The notes: generated from the letters alone by a model not told the origin. A stretch of DNA of 35,698 bases from Phycisphaerales bacterium UBA966 (GCA_002292895.1 DBCE01000188.1:896-36593); one strand, 5' to 3'. Shown: positions 10,137 to 20,308, counted from the stretch's first letter. Program-made: numbers and translations.

Positions 10137-10850
10137 CTACTCGACTGCCACCAGGGACTCACCGAACCGGTACCCAACGCCGCGGACGGTTTCCACGCAC
10201 CCAGCGAGTTCGCCAAGTTTCTTGCGCAGGGCCGTGACGTGAACGTCAATGGTGCGGCTGGAGAGGATGACGTTGCGGCCGTGCACCGCTGCGATGATTT
10301 GGTCCCGCGTTCGGACGAAACCGGGGCGTTGCGCCAAGTGATTGAGGATGCCGAATTCTGTCACCGTCAGTTCAACGACGCTGCCATCAACGCTGACCAC
10401 ATGGCGATCAGGATCGATCACCAGTCGGCGATCGAGTCGCTCCAGGCGGTTGTCATCACCGGTGTTCTGCTCTTCGAGTTTGCGGCGCAACACGGCCCGT
10501 ACGCGGGCCATCAGAATGCGTGGGCTGAATGGCTTGACCACGTAGTCATCGGCGCCGATTTCAAGTCCGGTGACGATGTCGGTCTCTTCGCCCTTGGCGG
10601 TCACCATGACGATCGGAAGTTCGCGGGTCTCCGGCCACTGCTTGAGTCGTCGGCAGATTTCCAGGCCGCCGACATCGGGCAGCATGAGGTCAAGGATCAG
10701 GAGGTCCGGCGTTTCGCGCTTCACTTGATCAAGCGCAACCTTGCCGGTGCCCACGGTTCGTGCGTCCATGCCTTCGCGGTCGCAGTGGAATCGGATCAGC
10801 TCGGCAATGTCGGGCTCGTCTTCAACGATCAGGACAGATGGCTTTGCCAT
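10137..10850 (-). CDS. phoB: OmpR-family response regulator, PhoB-like
   Basis: The receiver domain shows VLIVEDEPDI...DLLILDLMLPD...TAKG..., followed by a winged-helix output (VHVTALRKKL...ETVRGVGYRF). Confidence 0.88.
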   Translation of the reverse strand: MAKPSVLIVEDEPDIAELIRFHCDREGMDARTVGTGKVALDQVKRETPDLLILDLMLPDVGGLEICRRLKQWPETRELPIVMVTAKGEETDIVTGLEIGADDYVVKPFSPRILMARVRAVLRRKLEEQNTGDDNRLERLDRRLVIDPDRHVVSVDGSVVELTVTEFGILNHLAQRPGFVRTRDQIIAAVHGRNVILSSRTIDVHVTALRKKLGELAGCVETVRGVGYRFGESLVAVE

Positions 10851-10920
10851 TGTGGGAGTGCTCTACTGTGATAGGAGTCAGGGCTGGACAGATCAGTGAG
10901 GTAGTTTGGCGGGGCGGTGT

Positions 10921-12066
10921 TCAGGTCGTGTTCAGCGCAGGTGGGGAGTTTGCAGCACTTGAACGAATCCATGTTCCGGAGGGTAGGAGCGAAGGGGATG
11001 CGCGCTGGGTCACTGCCGGGAGCGCGATATCAAGTCCGTCGGCAGCAAGTGCCCCCAGGATGGCCCATTCGAGTGCTTCGCGGCAGGAAACCGGCACGCC
11101 CAAGTCTGAAGAAGCAATCACCTTGCAGTTGGCGGTGATGGCAATCGCTGCGCACAGCCTGCCATGGCGAGCGCCGCCGCCCGCGACCACCGCATCGTGG
11201 ACGCCGGACTGACGGATCGCGGAACCGATCGCTTCACCGGTGGCATCAGCAGCGGTGGCGAGCAGGTCGGCGGGTGCCAAGTGTGGCGTGTGGCGATCGA
11301 CCCAGGCGAAGAATTCATCGCCGGTGCCAAGGCTGCGGCCATCCGCGCGGGGGGCGAGAAGCGCGCGGAGTTCTGCAAAGGCAGCATCGTTGCGCGTGCC
11401 GTTGGCGGCCACGGCGCCGCCGGAGTCATAGGGCTGGTCGATCGCGCTGCGCGCGGCGTGGTCGAGCAGTTGATTGCACGCGCACAGGTCAGCGCCACGA
11501 ATAGCAGCCACTTGTTGCGCGTGCGTTCGATCATCATCGGCGGGAAGGAACGTGGCGTTGGCAAAGCCCCCGAGGTTGATGACGGCGCGCGGATGTGCAG
11601 TGCGGAAGAGAATCCAATCGGCAAGCGGGGTGAGTGGGGCGCCTTGCCCGCCGAGCGCCAAGTCCGCGCCGCGCAGGTCAAACACCACATCGCACTGCAG
11701 CGCCAGTGCAACCGGATGCGCGTTCAGCAGCTGCCAACTTTCCGGCGGTCGATGAAAGACCGTTTGACCATGTAAGGCGGCAAGATCTACGTGGGGGATG
11801 CCGGCGCTCCGAAGAAGTTCGATGGATTCCCGTGCGTGCAGCACGCCGAGTTCGCGTGCGATGGCAGCGAATTCGCTGGCGGGCATCGGATGTTGGTTGG
11901 CGGCGGCGCGGAGGCGATCGGCAAGGGGACCGAGCGGAGCAGAGCGCTCCGCGAGCAGTGTGGCGCGCATGGCCAGGCCGGCGCCATCGATACTGGCAAC
12001 GGCGAGATCGATGCCATCGATGCTCGTGCCAGTCATTGCTCCAAGGACGAGGCGGGTTCGTTGCAT
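10921..12066 (-). CDS. anmK: Anhydro-N-acetylmuramic acid kinase
   Basis: The N-terminal motif is GAMTGTSIDGIDLAV, and NLGGFAN is also present. The length of 381 aa fits the family. Confidence 0.88.
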   Translation of the reverse strand: MQRTRLVLGAMTGTSIDGIDLAVASIDGAGLAMRATLLAERSAPLGPLADRLRAAANQHPMPASEFAAIARELGVLHARESIELLRSAGIPHVDLAALHGQTVFHRPPESWQLLNAHPVALALQCDVVFDLRGADLALGGQGAPLTPLADWILFRTAHPRAVINLGGFANATFLPADDDRTHAQQVAAIRGADLCACNQLLDHAARSAIDQPYDSGGAVAANGTRNDAAFAELRALLAPRADGRSLGTGDEFFAWVDRHTPHLAPADLLATAADATGEAIGSAIRQSGVHDAVVAGGGARHGRLCAAIAITANCKVIASSDLGVPVSCREALEWAILGALAADGLDIALPAVTQRASPSLLPSGTWIRSSAANSPPALNTT

Positions 12067-12149
12067 GAGTGCGGATGTTCGCAGTGCGGAGCCTGGCGGT
12101 CAAGCATGGCGGTTCGCGTGCGTTGCTGAGAAGCGCATACACTCGCGGG

Positions 12150-13139
12150 ATGCCTCGTTCATTGGTTACAGGTGGTGCCGGTTTCCTTGGTTCGCATCTG
12201 TGCGACTCGCTGATTGCGTCTGGTCACAGCGTGATCTGCCTTGACAACTTGTTCACGGGTAATCGGCAGAACATTGCGCATCTGGATGGAAAGCGCGGAT
12301 TCACGTTCGTGCATCACGATGTGGTTCATCCCTTTGACTTTGATGTTGATTACATCTGGAACATGGCATGTCCAGCGGCTCCCGGGCATTACCGATACGA
12401 ACCGGTGAAGACCATGATGACTTCGGTTCTTGGAGCACTGCATTCGCTGCAGTTGGCTCATCGCACGGGCGCGCGCCTGTTGCATGCTTCCACCAGCGAG
12501 GTGTACGGAGATCCAGAGGTTCATCCGCAGCCAGAGTCATACCGAGGCAACGTCAATCCGATTGGTCCGCGCGCGTGTTACGACGAGGGCAAGCGTGCCG
12601 CAGAAACGCTGTGCTTTGATTACCGACGCATGCACGGAACATCTATCAAAGTAGTACGAATCTTCAATACGTACGGGCCGCGCATGCATCCGTATGACGG
12701 GCGTGTAGTCAGCAATTTCATTCGACAAGCGGTTGGCGGCGAGGCACTGACGATCTTTGGCGATGGATCGCAGACGCGTTCGTTCTGCTACGTGGACGAC
12801 TTGATTGCAGGTTTCCGACTGATGATGGATTCGCGCGAGGAATTCACGGGCCCCGTGAATATGGGCAATCCGCATGAGTTCACCATGTTGGAATTGGCGC
12901 ACGCCGTTGCGCGCGACGCGGGATGCACGGCGCAGATTGAGCATCGGCCACTGCCGATGGATGATCCGCTGCAGCGGCAGCCAGACATCACGCTTGCCAA
13001 GCGCGAGCTTGGGTGGAATTCCAAGATCAATATTGCGGAAGGAATTCCTCGCACTATTGAGTGGTTCCGCACCATTCGTTTGTCGGACTACCCACCGCCA
13101 AGCCCGAACGTGATGCAGCCGGAAACTCAGGCCAAGTAA
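12150..13139 (+). CDS. UDP-glucuronate decarboxylase (UXS-type SDR)
   Basis: Family motifs are [60 protein letters not shown] and [14 protein letters not shown]. The ATG at 12150 gives [12 protein letters not shown]. Confidence 0.87.
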   Translation: MPRSLVTGGAGFLGSHLCDSLIASGHSVICLDNLFTGNRQNIAHLDGKRGFTFVHHDVVHPFDFDVDYIWNMACPAAPGHYRYEPVKTMMTSVLGALHSLQLAHRTGARLLHASTSEVYGDPEVHPQPESYRGNVNPIGPRACYDEGKRAAETLCFDYRRMHGTSIKVVRIFNTYGPRMHPYDGRVVSNFIRQAVGGEALTIFGDGSQTRSFCYVDDLIAGFRLMMDSREEFTGPVNMGNPHEFTMLELAHAVARDAGCTAQIEHRPLPMDDPLQRQPDITLAKRELGWNSKINIAEGIPRTIEWFRTIRLSDYPPPSPNVMQPETQAK

Positions 13140-13539
13140 GGCAACGAGGGGGAGTCCGCGGGTGGCTTTCGTAGGCCTGCGGGGTGCCGAACGCCCAATT
13201 CTGCCTGACCGTGGCCCCGGGCATCCCCGTCCAGAATTTCGCCAAAGAAAAAGGGCTTGATGTCGCAGATACTTCACTTTGAGGTCGTACTGTTCCCTCA
13301 TCGCCAGTCCGGTTCGGGCCTGGTGGTGGGTGCCCGCGAGGCGGAATACCCGAAAATTTACCGAACAGACCTTGACAAGTCCGATGGTTTGGGAGAACCT
13401 ACCAAACACCGAACAACCATCGGCTTACTCAAACAGTGAAACGCGCATGACCCGCAAAGTACGCGGAATGCAGAGTGTGCAAGGAACGCAGCACGGTGAC
13501 CCAGACGGGTTGCCCCAACCGACGGAGCGAAAGAAACAG

Positions 13540-14841
13540 ATGGCACAGACGACCACGACGGCGAACACCACCACGAACGGAACCCCGGCCTCGGCCGCCC
13601 GCACCTCCAGCACCACCTCCGGCGCGGCGGTGGCGACCCCCGCAGGGCGCGAGAACTTTGGGAAGATGGGCTCCATGCCAACCACCCCCAACAAGTCGTC
13701 CGATTCCCGCGTTGATGTCAAGACTGACGTCAAGAGCGAAGTCAAGGACGCAAAGTCTGCCGCAGCAGCAAAGCCAACAGTGAAGTTGACGCCCGCAGAA
13801 CTGACCGCGCGTACCGCGAAGTCCAAGGCGCTTGAGGCGGCCGTTGGACAGATTGAGAAGAACTTCGGTAAGGGATCGATCATGCGTCTCGACAACGAGA
13901 CCGTGCCGGTGATCCCGTCGATTTCGAGCGGTGCGCTCAGTCTTGATATTGCCCTCGGTGGACGCGGACTCCCGCGCGGTCGAGTGGTGGAGGTCTTCGG
14001 GCCAGAAAGTTCTGGTAAGACGACCCTGGCTCTCACGGTCATTGCCAACAGTCAGAAGAACGGTGGCGTGGCCGCGTTCATCGATGCTGAGCATGCGCTT
14101 GATCCATCGTGGGCCAAGCGTCTGGGTGTGAACCTTGACGAAATTCTGGTGTCGCAGCCCGATACGGGCGAGCAGGCGCTGGAGATCTGCGAGATGCTCG
14201 TGCGTTCCAATGCGGTGGATGTCATCGTGGTTGACTCGGTGGCGGCATTGATCCCACGCGCGGAAATCGAAGGTGAAATGGGTGATAGTCACGTTGGTTT
14301 GCAGGCGCGGCTCATGAGCCAGGCACTGCGCAAGCTGACGGGCGCCATCGCGAAGAGTGAGTGCATCGTGATCTTTATCAATCAGCTGCGCGAGAAGATC
14401 GGCGTCATGTTCGGATCGCCCGAAACAACGACCGGCGGACGTGCGCTGAAGTTCTACTCATCGGTGCGCATTGATATTCGCCGTATTGGCGCGATCAAGG
14501 ATGGCGACCGCAATGTTGGTAATCGTGTGCGTGCGAAGGTAGTGAAGAACAAGGTTGCGCCGCCGTTCCGCGAGGCCGAGTTTGACATCATGTTTGAGGA
14601 GGGCATCTCCGTGTCGGGAGACATTCTCGACCTGTCAGTGCTCGACGGCGTGGTGGACAAGGCTGGTGCTTGGTTCAGCTTCGGAGATGTGCGACTTGGA
14701 CAGGGTCGTGAGGCATCGAAGTTGTTCCTGCGCCAGAACCCAAACCTGATGGAAGAGATTCGCCGCGAGGTCTTGACCAAGCGGTTGGCGAATCCATCGG
14801 CGCCGACTAAGGCTGCACCTGCACCTGCTGCTGACGATTGA
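13540..14841 (+). CDS. recA: Recombinase RecA with an N-terminal low-complexity extension. The start is uncertain; 13447, 13540 and 13676 are possible.
   Basis: Motifs are [21 protein letters not shown], Walker [22 protein letters not shown] and VVDSVAAL. The core starts about 88 codons after the ATG at 13540, which has GGAG 12 nt upstream. Confidence 0.92.
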   Translation: MAQTTTTANTTTNGTPASAARTSSTTSGAAVATPAGRENFGKMGSMPTTPNKSSDSRVDVKTDVKSEVKDAKSAAAAKPTVKLTPAELTARTAKSKALEAAVGQIEKNFGKGSIMRLDNETVPVIPSISSGALSLDIALGGRGLPRGRVVEVFGPESSGKTTLALTVIANSQKNGGVAAFIDAEHALDPSWAKRLGVNLDEILVSQPDTGEQALEICEMLVRSNAVDVIVVDSVAALIPRAEIEGEMGDSHVGLQARLMSQALRKLTGAIAKSECIVIFINQLREKIGVMFGSPETTTGGRALKFYSSVRIDIRRIGAIKDGDRNVGNRVRAKVVKNKVAPPFREAEFDIMFEEGISVSGDILDLSVLDGVVDKAGAWFSFGDVRLGQGREASKLFLRQNPNLMEEIRREVLTKRLANPSAPTKAAPAPAADD

Positions 14842-14870
14842 TTTCACTGCTGTCGGAGGTAGTGAATTTC

Positions 14871-14908
14871 CAGCGCCGGACGCCCCACGACGGTGGCGTC
14901 CGGCGCTG
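14871..14908. terminator. GC-rich hairpin between the convergent recA and tsaD genes, a probable bidirectional terminator
   Basis: CAGCGCCGGACGCC (14871-14884) pairs perfectly with GGCGTCCGGCGCTG (14895-14908). This gives a 14-bp stem and a 10-nt loop. No strong U tract is present. Confidence 0.55.
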
Positions 14909-14969
14909 TGCATTGGCGTTGTGCACGCGGTGCGTCGGCGTTCCGCATCAGCGCTCGCTGCGCGGATGT

Positions 14970-16118
14970 TTAGCAACGGCCGAGCAAGGAGTGCGAGCGC
15001 GGAGCGAGGCGCAAGGTGTCGTGTTCGTGGGCCGCGTATCGCCAGTGGGCAAGGGCGGCGATCATGGCGGCGTTGTCAACGCAATATTTCTGAGCCGGTA
15101 AGCGGACATCGATGCCGTGCGTCGTGCCGAACTGTGTCAATTCGGCGCGCAGGTGGCGGTTGGCAGTGACCCCGCCGCCCACGAGGAGCGTTGCGGGGCG
15201 ATCGTTCTCTGCTTCGAGCCTTTCAAGTGCGCGCTTGAGCACGTCCATGACTTGGTTGACCGCGGCTGACTGAAAGCTGGCGGCAAGGTCAGACACGCGC
15301 TGCTCGGTGAGTGGCAGTGGTGGTCGGGGCGCGGGTCGATTGGCAACGGGTGGGATGCCGCGCACTGCGTAGAGCAGGGCGGTCTTCATGCCGCTGAAAC
15401 TAAAATCAAGCGTGCGTTCGGTTGATTGACCGCCTTCGCGGGCGCTGCGCGCAGTCAGCCGTGGGGTAGGGAATCGCATGGCCGCTGGATCGCCCAACGA
15501 ACTGCGCTCGTCCAAGAGTGGCCCGCCTGGGTAGCCGAGTGATAGCAGTGTGGCTGCTTTGTCGAACGCCTCGCCAATGGCGTCGTCGATGGTGCGGCCG
15601 AGGAGTTTCATCGACCGCGGTCCGTCCATGCGAAAGAGATGCGTGTGTCCACCGGAGGCCACCAAGCCAAGCGCTGGCCAACGAACCGGCGGAGCATCCA
15701 GCAGCCCCGCCACCAAGTGCGCGGCAATGTGGTCAATGCCGATCACTGGAATGCCCAACGACCAGGCATATGCCTTTGCCGCCGCATTGCCAACGAGGAG
15801 CGATCCAATCAATCCGGGTCGATTGCCAACAGCAACCGCGCTGACGTGCTTGCCTTGCAGATCCGCGCTTCGCAGCGCCTCGCGAACCACCGGGACGATC
15901 CGTTCCAGATGCGCACGACTGGCAAGCTCCGGCACCACGCCTGCGTAGCGCGCATGAATTTCATGTTGCGTACTCACCACGTTTGAAAGGACGCGGGGCG
16001 CACCATCGCGCCACTCCACAATGCTTGCGGCGGTTTCGTCGCAACTGGTCTCGATACCCAGAATGAGCGTGCCATCAGTGGGCTGGTGCGGCGGATTGTT
16101 CGGCGCGGATGGACTCAC
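14970..16118 (-). CDS. tsaD: tRNA N6-adenosine threonylcarbamoyltransferase
   Basis: Motifs are ILGIETSCDETAASIV, GIDHIAAH and SGGHTHL. The GTG start overlaps the stop of the upstream S41 peptidase gene (GTGA). Confidence 0.92.
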   Translation of the reverse strand: MSPSAPNNPPHQPTDGTLILGIETSCDETAASIVEWRDGAPRVLSNVVSTQHEIHARYAGVVPELASRAHLERIVPVVREALRSADLQGKHVSAVAVGNRPGLIGSLLVGNAAAKAYAWSLGIPVIGIDHIAAHLVAGLLDAPPVRWPALGLVASGGHTHLFRMDGPRSMKLLGRTIDDAIGEAFDKAATLLSLGYPGGPLLDERSSLGDPAAMRFPTPRLTARSAREGGQSTERTLDFSFSGMKTALLYAVRGIPPVANRPAPRPPLPLTEQRVSDLAASFQSAAVNQVMDVLKRALERLEAENDRPATLLVGGGVTANRHLRAELTQFGTTHGIDVRLPAQKYCVDNAAMIAALAHWRYAAHEHDTLRLAPRSHSLLGRC

Positions 16119-17806
16119 TTACCCTCCGGCTCGCGCGCAGGCGTGTATTCCGGGGCAGGAATGGCGCTTGCACCAATACCGGTGCGCAGTGCCGATGGGT
16201 CCTTGACGATCCAGCGGCCGATGACATGGCCATCGCGGTCGCGGAGTTCAACGGCGCCATCGATAAGCGACGCGTCGTTGCCAAGAATCGGATCATCCAC
16301 ACCGGCGCCGCCGCCGCGGAGGGTGCTGATCGCCTGATCTGTCTTATGAAGTTCATCAAGTAATCGCCGGCGGTATTCGATGCTCGATCGCAACTCATCG
16401 TTGCCAGCGCCGACGTCACCGGAGAGGTCGCCGACGACTGGCCATTCCACCATGTCGAGGTAACCCTGTATGGCGTCTACCGCCCCAGCAAGTTGCGGAT
16501 CATGCGCCACGCGAGTGATGGACGCCGACGAACTCCAGATCACTGGTGGCGAAGCAACGGCGCCGCCTGCTTCGCGCAATTGGCGTGCCGCTGCGCGGGC
16601 GATCGATTCTTGCTCTGTCATGGGCACGCGAAACCCCGTGTCTGGTTCAACGCCCCAGCGCGATGCGCCAACGGCGCGATGCGGCGAGGTGCCGCTCGGT
16701 AAGTAATAGCGAGCAGTGGTGATCTTGACCGTGCCGGCGCCGTCAGGAAGTTGCAGCACATCTTGCACACTGCCCTTACCGTAGGAACGGGTGCCGATGA
16801 TCTTGGCGCAGCCGTTGTCGCGCAATGCACCCGCCACTACTTCGCTGGCGCTTGCACTTCCTTGGTTGATGAGCACCACCATCGGAATGTGCAGGTCTTC
16901 CGGTGACGATGTTGCGTCCCACGTTCGACCAGTGTCGCCACGGCCGCGAATACTGACAATCGCCCCTTCGGAGATGAATCGATCCACCACCCCGACAGCA
17001 GCAGTGAGCGAGCCTCCGCCATTGTCACGCAAATCAAGAATGATGCCGGAAACGCCGTCGGCACGAATCCGTGCAAGTGCGGCATCAACTTCTGCAAGCG
17101 TTCGATCATTGAACTGCGCGATCCGAATGTACGCCACGCGCCGGTCCGGATCGATGGTAAAGCGCCAACCGTCCGCGTCGCGGAGTATGCCCTTCACGCT
17201 TGGCGTTTCCACCACACGGCGCGGCACATTGAGCGTTCGTTCATTGCCATCGGCGCGGCGAATCACCAACGCCGCCACGGTGCCGGGCGCGCCCGGAAGG
17301 AGCGACTCCAGCGTGGCAGCGCCGATTCCTTCAGTGGACTTTCCATCAACAGAGAGAATGGTGTCGCCCGCCAAGATGCCCGCTTCCATCGCTGGCGATC
17401 CGTCGATGGCGGTAATCACGATCGGCCGGCCATCGTCAAGGTCCAACTCAACGCCGATACCCACATAGCTTCCCGACAGTTGTCTACGGAATGCGCCCTC
17501 GTCAGCGGGCGGAATGTAAACGGTGTACGGATCGCCAAGCGCTTTGGTCATCGCCTCCATGGCGGCACGCTGCATCGCGGGCGCATCAATTGGATCGACG
17601 TAACTACCCACAAGGAGCGCGCGCAGGTCGATGATTGGATCGAGCCAGCGATAGGCGCCCTCGGTGGCAGGTGGCACGGTGCGCGCGCCATCATCGGTTG
17701 ATTGGGGCATTCCAGCCAGCAACGCGGGCGCCAGAAGCGCGACGAATGCAGCAGAAGCGAGGAACATTGTGAATCGGACCACGCGGCGATGATAGGGGCG
17801 CGCCAT
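16115..17806 (-). CDS. S41-family C-terminal processing peptidase with a PDZ domain and an extra C-terminal region of about 150 aa
   Basis: It has a signal/TM segment (FTMFLASAAFVALLAPALLAG), a PDZ domain (GIGVELD...ITAIDGSPAMEAGILAGDTILSVDG), the catalytic Ser context LINQGSASASEVVAGAL and the Lys context TRSYGKGSVQ. Confidence 0.88.
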   Translation of the reverse strand: MARPYHRRVVRFTMFLASAAFVALLAPALLAGMPQSTDDGARTVPPATEGAYRWLDPIIDLRALLVGSYVDPIDAPAMQRAAMEAMTKALGDPYTVYIPPADEGAFRRQLSGSYVGIGVELDLDDGRPIVITAIDGSPAMEAGILAGDTILSVDGKSTEGIGAATLESLLPGAPGTVAALVIRRADGNERTLNVPRRVVETPSVKGILRDADGWRFTIDPDRRVAYIRIAQFNDRTLAEVDAALARIRADGVSGIILDLRDNGGGSLTAAVGVVDRFISEGAIVSIRGRGDTGRTWDATSSPEDLHIPMVVLINQGSASASEVVAGALRDNGCAKIIGTRSYGKGSVQDVLQLPDGAGTVKITTARYYLPSGTSPHRAVGASRWGVEPDTGFRVPMTEQESIARAAARQLREAGGAVASPPVIWSSSASITRVAHDPQLAGAVDAIQGYLDMVEWPVVGDLSGDVGAGNDELRSSIEYRRRLLDELHKTDQAISTLRGGGAGVDDPILGNDASLIDGAVELRDRDGHVIGRWIVKDPSALRTGIGASAIPAPEYTPAREPEGK

Positions 17807-17828
17807 CCCGTCCTACAATCCTTCCCAC

Positions 17829-19256
17829 ATGGAAACAGGACGCCACGCAGAAGTCGACATCCGGGCCGAGCCCGCGATCCTTGTCGGCGTCCGCCTTCGA
17901 GATAATGAAACCACCTTCGACGACTCGCTTGCCGAACTACAGGCATTGGCGGAAACAGCCGGGGTGCGTGTGGTGGGCACCCTTGAACAGCGCCGGGTTG
18001 CGCCGCGCGGCAAGACCTACATTGGCAAGGGCAAGGTGGAAGAACTCTCTGCCATGTGCAAGGAGCTTGGTGCCAAGGTTGTGATCTTTGACAACGAACT
18101 CGCTCCCAGTCAGATTGCTGAACTGGAGAAGGCGCTCGAACTCAAAGTGATCGACCGCAGTGAAGTGATCTTGGACATCTTTGCCAACCGCGCCACTACC
18201 AAGCAAGCGCAACTGCAGGTAGAGATTGCGCAGCTTGAGTACACCGCCCCACGACTCCGCGCCATGTGGTCGCACTTGGGACAGGTCACTGGTGGCGCGC
18301 CCGTGGGTGTTGGTACCCGTGGACCCGGCGAGCAGCAGTTGGAGATCGACCGTCGCATCGTCAAGGCAAAGCTGGACAAACTGCGGCGCGAGCTTGGGGA
18401 GATTGAAGGTCGCCGATCACGCGAAGTAAAGCAACGCCGCGATGAGCACTACACCGCAGCGCTGGTTGGTTACACCAATGCCGGTAAGTCGAGCCTCTTC
18501 AATGCATTGACGCGGGGCGGGGCATATGCCGCTGACAAACTCTTTGCAACACTGGGAACACGCGTTGAAAGTTGGAATCTGGCAGGTGGAAACGCAGCCA
18601 TGCTCTCCGACACCGTTGGTTTCGTGCAGCGTCTTCCCCACCATTTGGTAGCGAGCTTTCGTGCCACGCTTGAAGATGCCATTGCCAGTCATGTGATATT
18701 GATCGTTCTTGATGTTGCGGACCCCAGCGCGCTCATGCAGTATGAGACTGTGCAATCGGTGCTTGATGAGATCGGCGCAGATCAACAGCCGCGCATACTG
18801 CTTCTCAACAAGGCTGATCGATTGCCGCCCACCAGAATTGGCATAGACCCGCGAATCACTGAGTGGATGGAGCGCGTTCCCGGAGCGTTGCCCATTTCTG
18901 CGCTGACCGGTGCAGGGCTCCCGGAGCTCTCCGAGCGGGTGCTTGGGCTGATGAAGGGCGACATTCGTGACTGCACGCTTTCAGTTCCGCTCACCGATGG
19001 ACGTGCGGTGGACTTTGTGGAGAAGCGTGTTCCAGTACTGAGCCGCGATTGGACGGAGGCCTACGTACAACTCAAAGTGCAGATTGGTCGCCGGCAACTG
19101 GAACAACTGCTCTCAAGTGGAGTGCGCATGTTGGTGGATGGAATGCCAGCGCACGAAGGGTTGCGATCGTTGTGGCCCGATGTCAAGATTGATGTTGCAC
19201 CGCGCATTCGTCCCCACGATTCCTATGCGGTTGGTCAAGAAGTCGAAGACGAGTGA
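17829..19256 (+). CDS. hflX: GTPase HflX
   Basis: It has the HflX N-terminal domain, a coiled-coil linker (QLQVEIAQLEY), G1 GYTNAGKSSLFNAL, G3 DTVGF and G4 NKAD. Confidence 0.92.
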   Translation: METGRHAEVDIRAEPAILVGVRLRDNETTFDDSLAELQALAETAGVRVVGTLEQRRVAPRGKTYIGKGKVEELSAMCKELGAKVVIFDNELAPSQIAELEKALELKVIDRSEVILDIFANRATTKQAQLQVEIAQLEYTAPRLRAMWSHLGQVTGGAPVGVGTRGPGEQQLEIDRRIVKAKLDKLRRELGEIEGRRSREVKQRRDEHYTAALVGYTNAGKSSLFNALTRGGAYAADKLFATLGTRVESWNLAGGNAAMLSDTVGFVQRLPHHLVASFRATLEDAIASHVILIVLDVADPSALMQYETVQSVLDEIGADQQPRILLLNKADRLPPTRIGIDPRITEWMERVPGALPISALTGAGLPELSERVLGLMKGDIRDCTLSVPLTDGRAVDFVEKRVPVLSRDWTEAYVQLKVQIGRRQLEQLLSSGVRMLVDGMPAHEGLRSLWPDVKIDVAPRIRPHDSYAVGQEVEDE

Positions 19257-19291
19257 AACCCGCCGTTCAGGCGTAGGTGCCGCCCCGTGGA

Positions 19292-20308
19292 TCACAGTTC
19301 CCGAGTGGCGCCCATCACACGGCTCATGAGTGAAGCCACGGCCCCATCACGAACATGCGGAGTGCCGTGCGGCGCGCGTTCCCAGATATGCGCAGGCGCG
19401 CTGCCATCCACCGGGAACCACGCCACCAACGAACTCATTTCATATTGACCGCGTGCCCAGAATCCGTCCTCGGCACGGCCGTGCGCCACCCGATGTCCGC
19501 GTGGCGGAAATCGATCCCAGCGCTCAATGATGGTTCCGAGCAGCGCAGTTTCGACTGCCTCGTATGCGGCGGATGAATCGCTGGCGATGCAGATGACATT
19601 GACTGCGCCGGGCATGAATTGCGAATACGCCTTGCGAAGTAGCCGCTGAACGCGCGGTATGGCAGCCTCCCAACCCGCATCGACACCGGTTCGAACGGTC
19701 ACGGTGCCTTCCGCGGTTGGTGCCACAATGCGCGCCGCTCCCAACCATGCGCCGTCTTCAGCGCGAACCACCACTTCATCGCCGACGCTTGCTTCACGCA
19801 CGAACGGCTCCAGTGCGTTCCGTAGGGTGAGTAGTTGCGCGTCATTGGCAGTGGGCGACCAACGCACTGCGATGGCGACCGGCCGCTTTATTGCGGAAAG
19901 TTGGCTTAAGACTGCGGGGAGTGGGGTGCTCGACTCCATGGCATGCGGCGCGCCCACGCGTTTGACATGGACCCAGCACTCCACGTTGTTGGAGGCGCGC
20001 ACAAAGAAGTCAGCGTGACGACCGCCCGCAGTTGGTCGTTCGATATCGATCGCGCATCCATCTTCCAACAGTCGACGTGCCAGCACTGCTTCGGCCACCG
20101 TGCTGAGGAATCGATCTTCACGTCCGCTCGGTTCGTCGAGCGCTTCCACGAGGCGGCGAATTTGTCGCCCTGCCACTCGACCGCCGCGGTCAGCGGAGGG
20201 AGGGGTCATCCACGAGAGGATTTCCTCTCGCAGGCGTCGAACATCAATGGGTGAGCCCAAGTCGGGAAGGGTAGCTTCGTTGCGGCCGATGAGCGAAGCG
20301 GGCGTCAT
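19292..20308 (-). CDS. Hypothetical protein (338 aa), no family recognised
   Basis: It is the only long ORF here with a protein-like composition. It contains a weak nuclease-like segment (GGRHADFFVRASNNVECWVHVKRV). It is convergent with hflX and lies downstream of the tRNA-Phe terminator. Confidence 0.5.
   Translation of the reverse strand: MTPASLIGRNEATLPDLGSPIDVRRLREEILSWMTPPSADRGGRVAGRQIRRLVEALDEPSGREDRFLSTVAEAVLARRLLEDGCAIDIERPTAGGRHADFFVRASNNVECWVHVKRVGAPHAMESSTPLPAVLSQLSAIKRPVAIAVRWSPTANDAQLLTLRNALEPFVREASVGDEVVVRAEDGAWLGAARIVAPTAEGTVTVRTGVDAGWEAAIPRVQRLLRKAYSQFMPGAVNVICIASDSSAAYEAVETALLGTIIERWDRFPPRGHRVAHGRAEDGFWARGQYEMSSLVAWFPVDGSAPAHIWERAPHGTPHVRDGAVASLMSRVMGATREL

Noticed and set aside
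9128-10237. A 369-aa plus-strand ORF antisense to phoR (also 9978..10871 + and 9604..10242 +)
   Set aside because: The composition is Arg/Ser/Ala-rich and low complexity. It fully overlaps well-supported kinase and regulator genes on the other strand. This is a typical high-GC shadow frame.
12537-13409. A 290-aa minus-strand ORF antisense to the UDP-glucuronate decarboxylase gene (and 13429..14292 - antisense to recA)
   Set aside because: It overlaps genes with strong family signatures on the plus strand. It is a shadow ORF.
13290-13430. A canonical LexA/SOS box upstream of recA
   Set aside because: I found no CTGT-N8-ACAG, GAAC-N4-GTTC or GTTC-N7-GTTC match. Only scattered GAAC words and a non-canonical palindrome are present, and these are reported as a low-interest finding instead.
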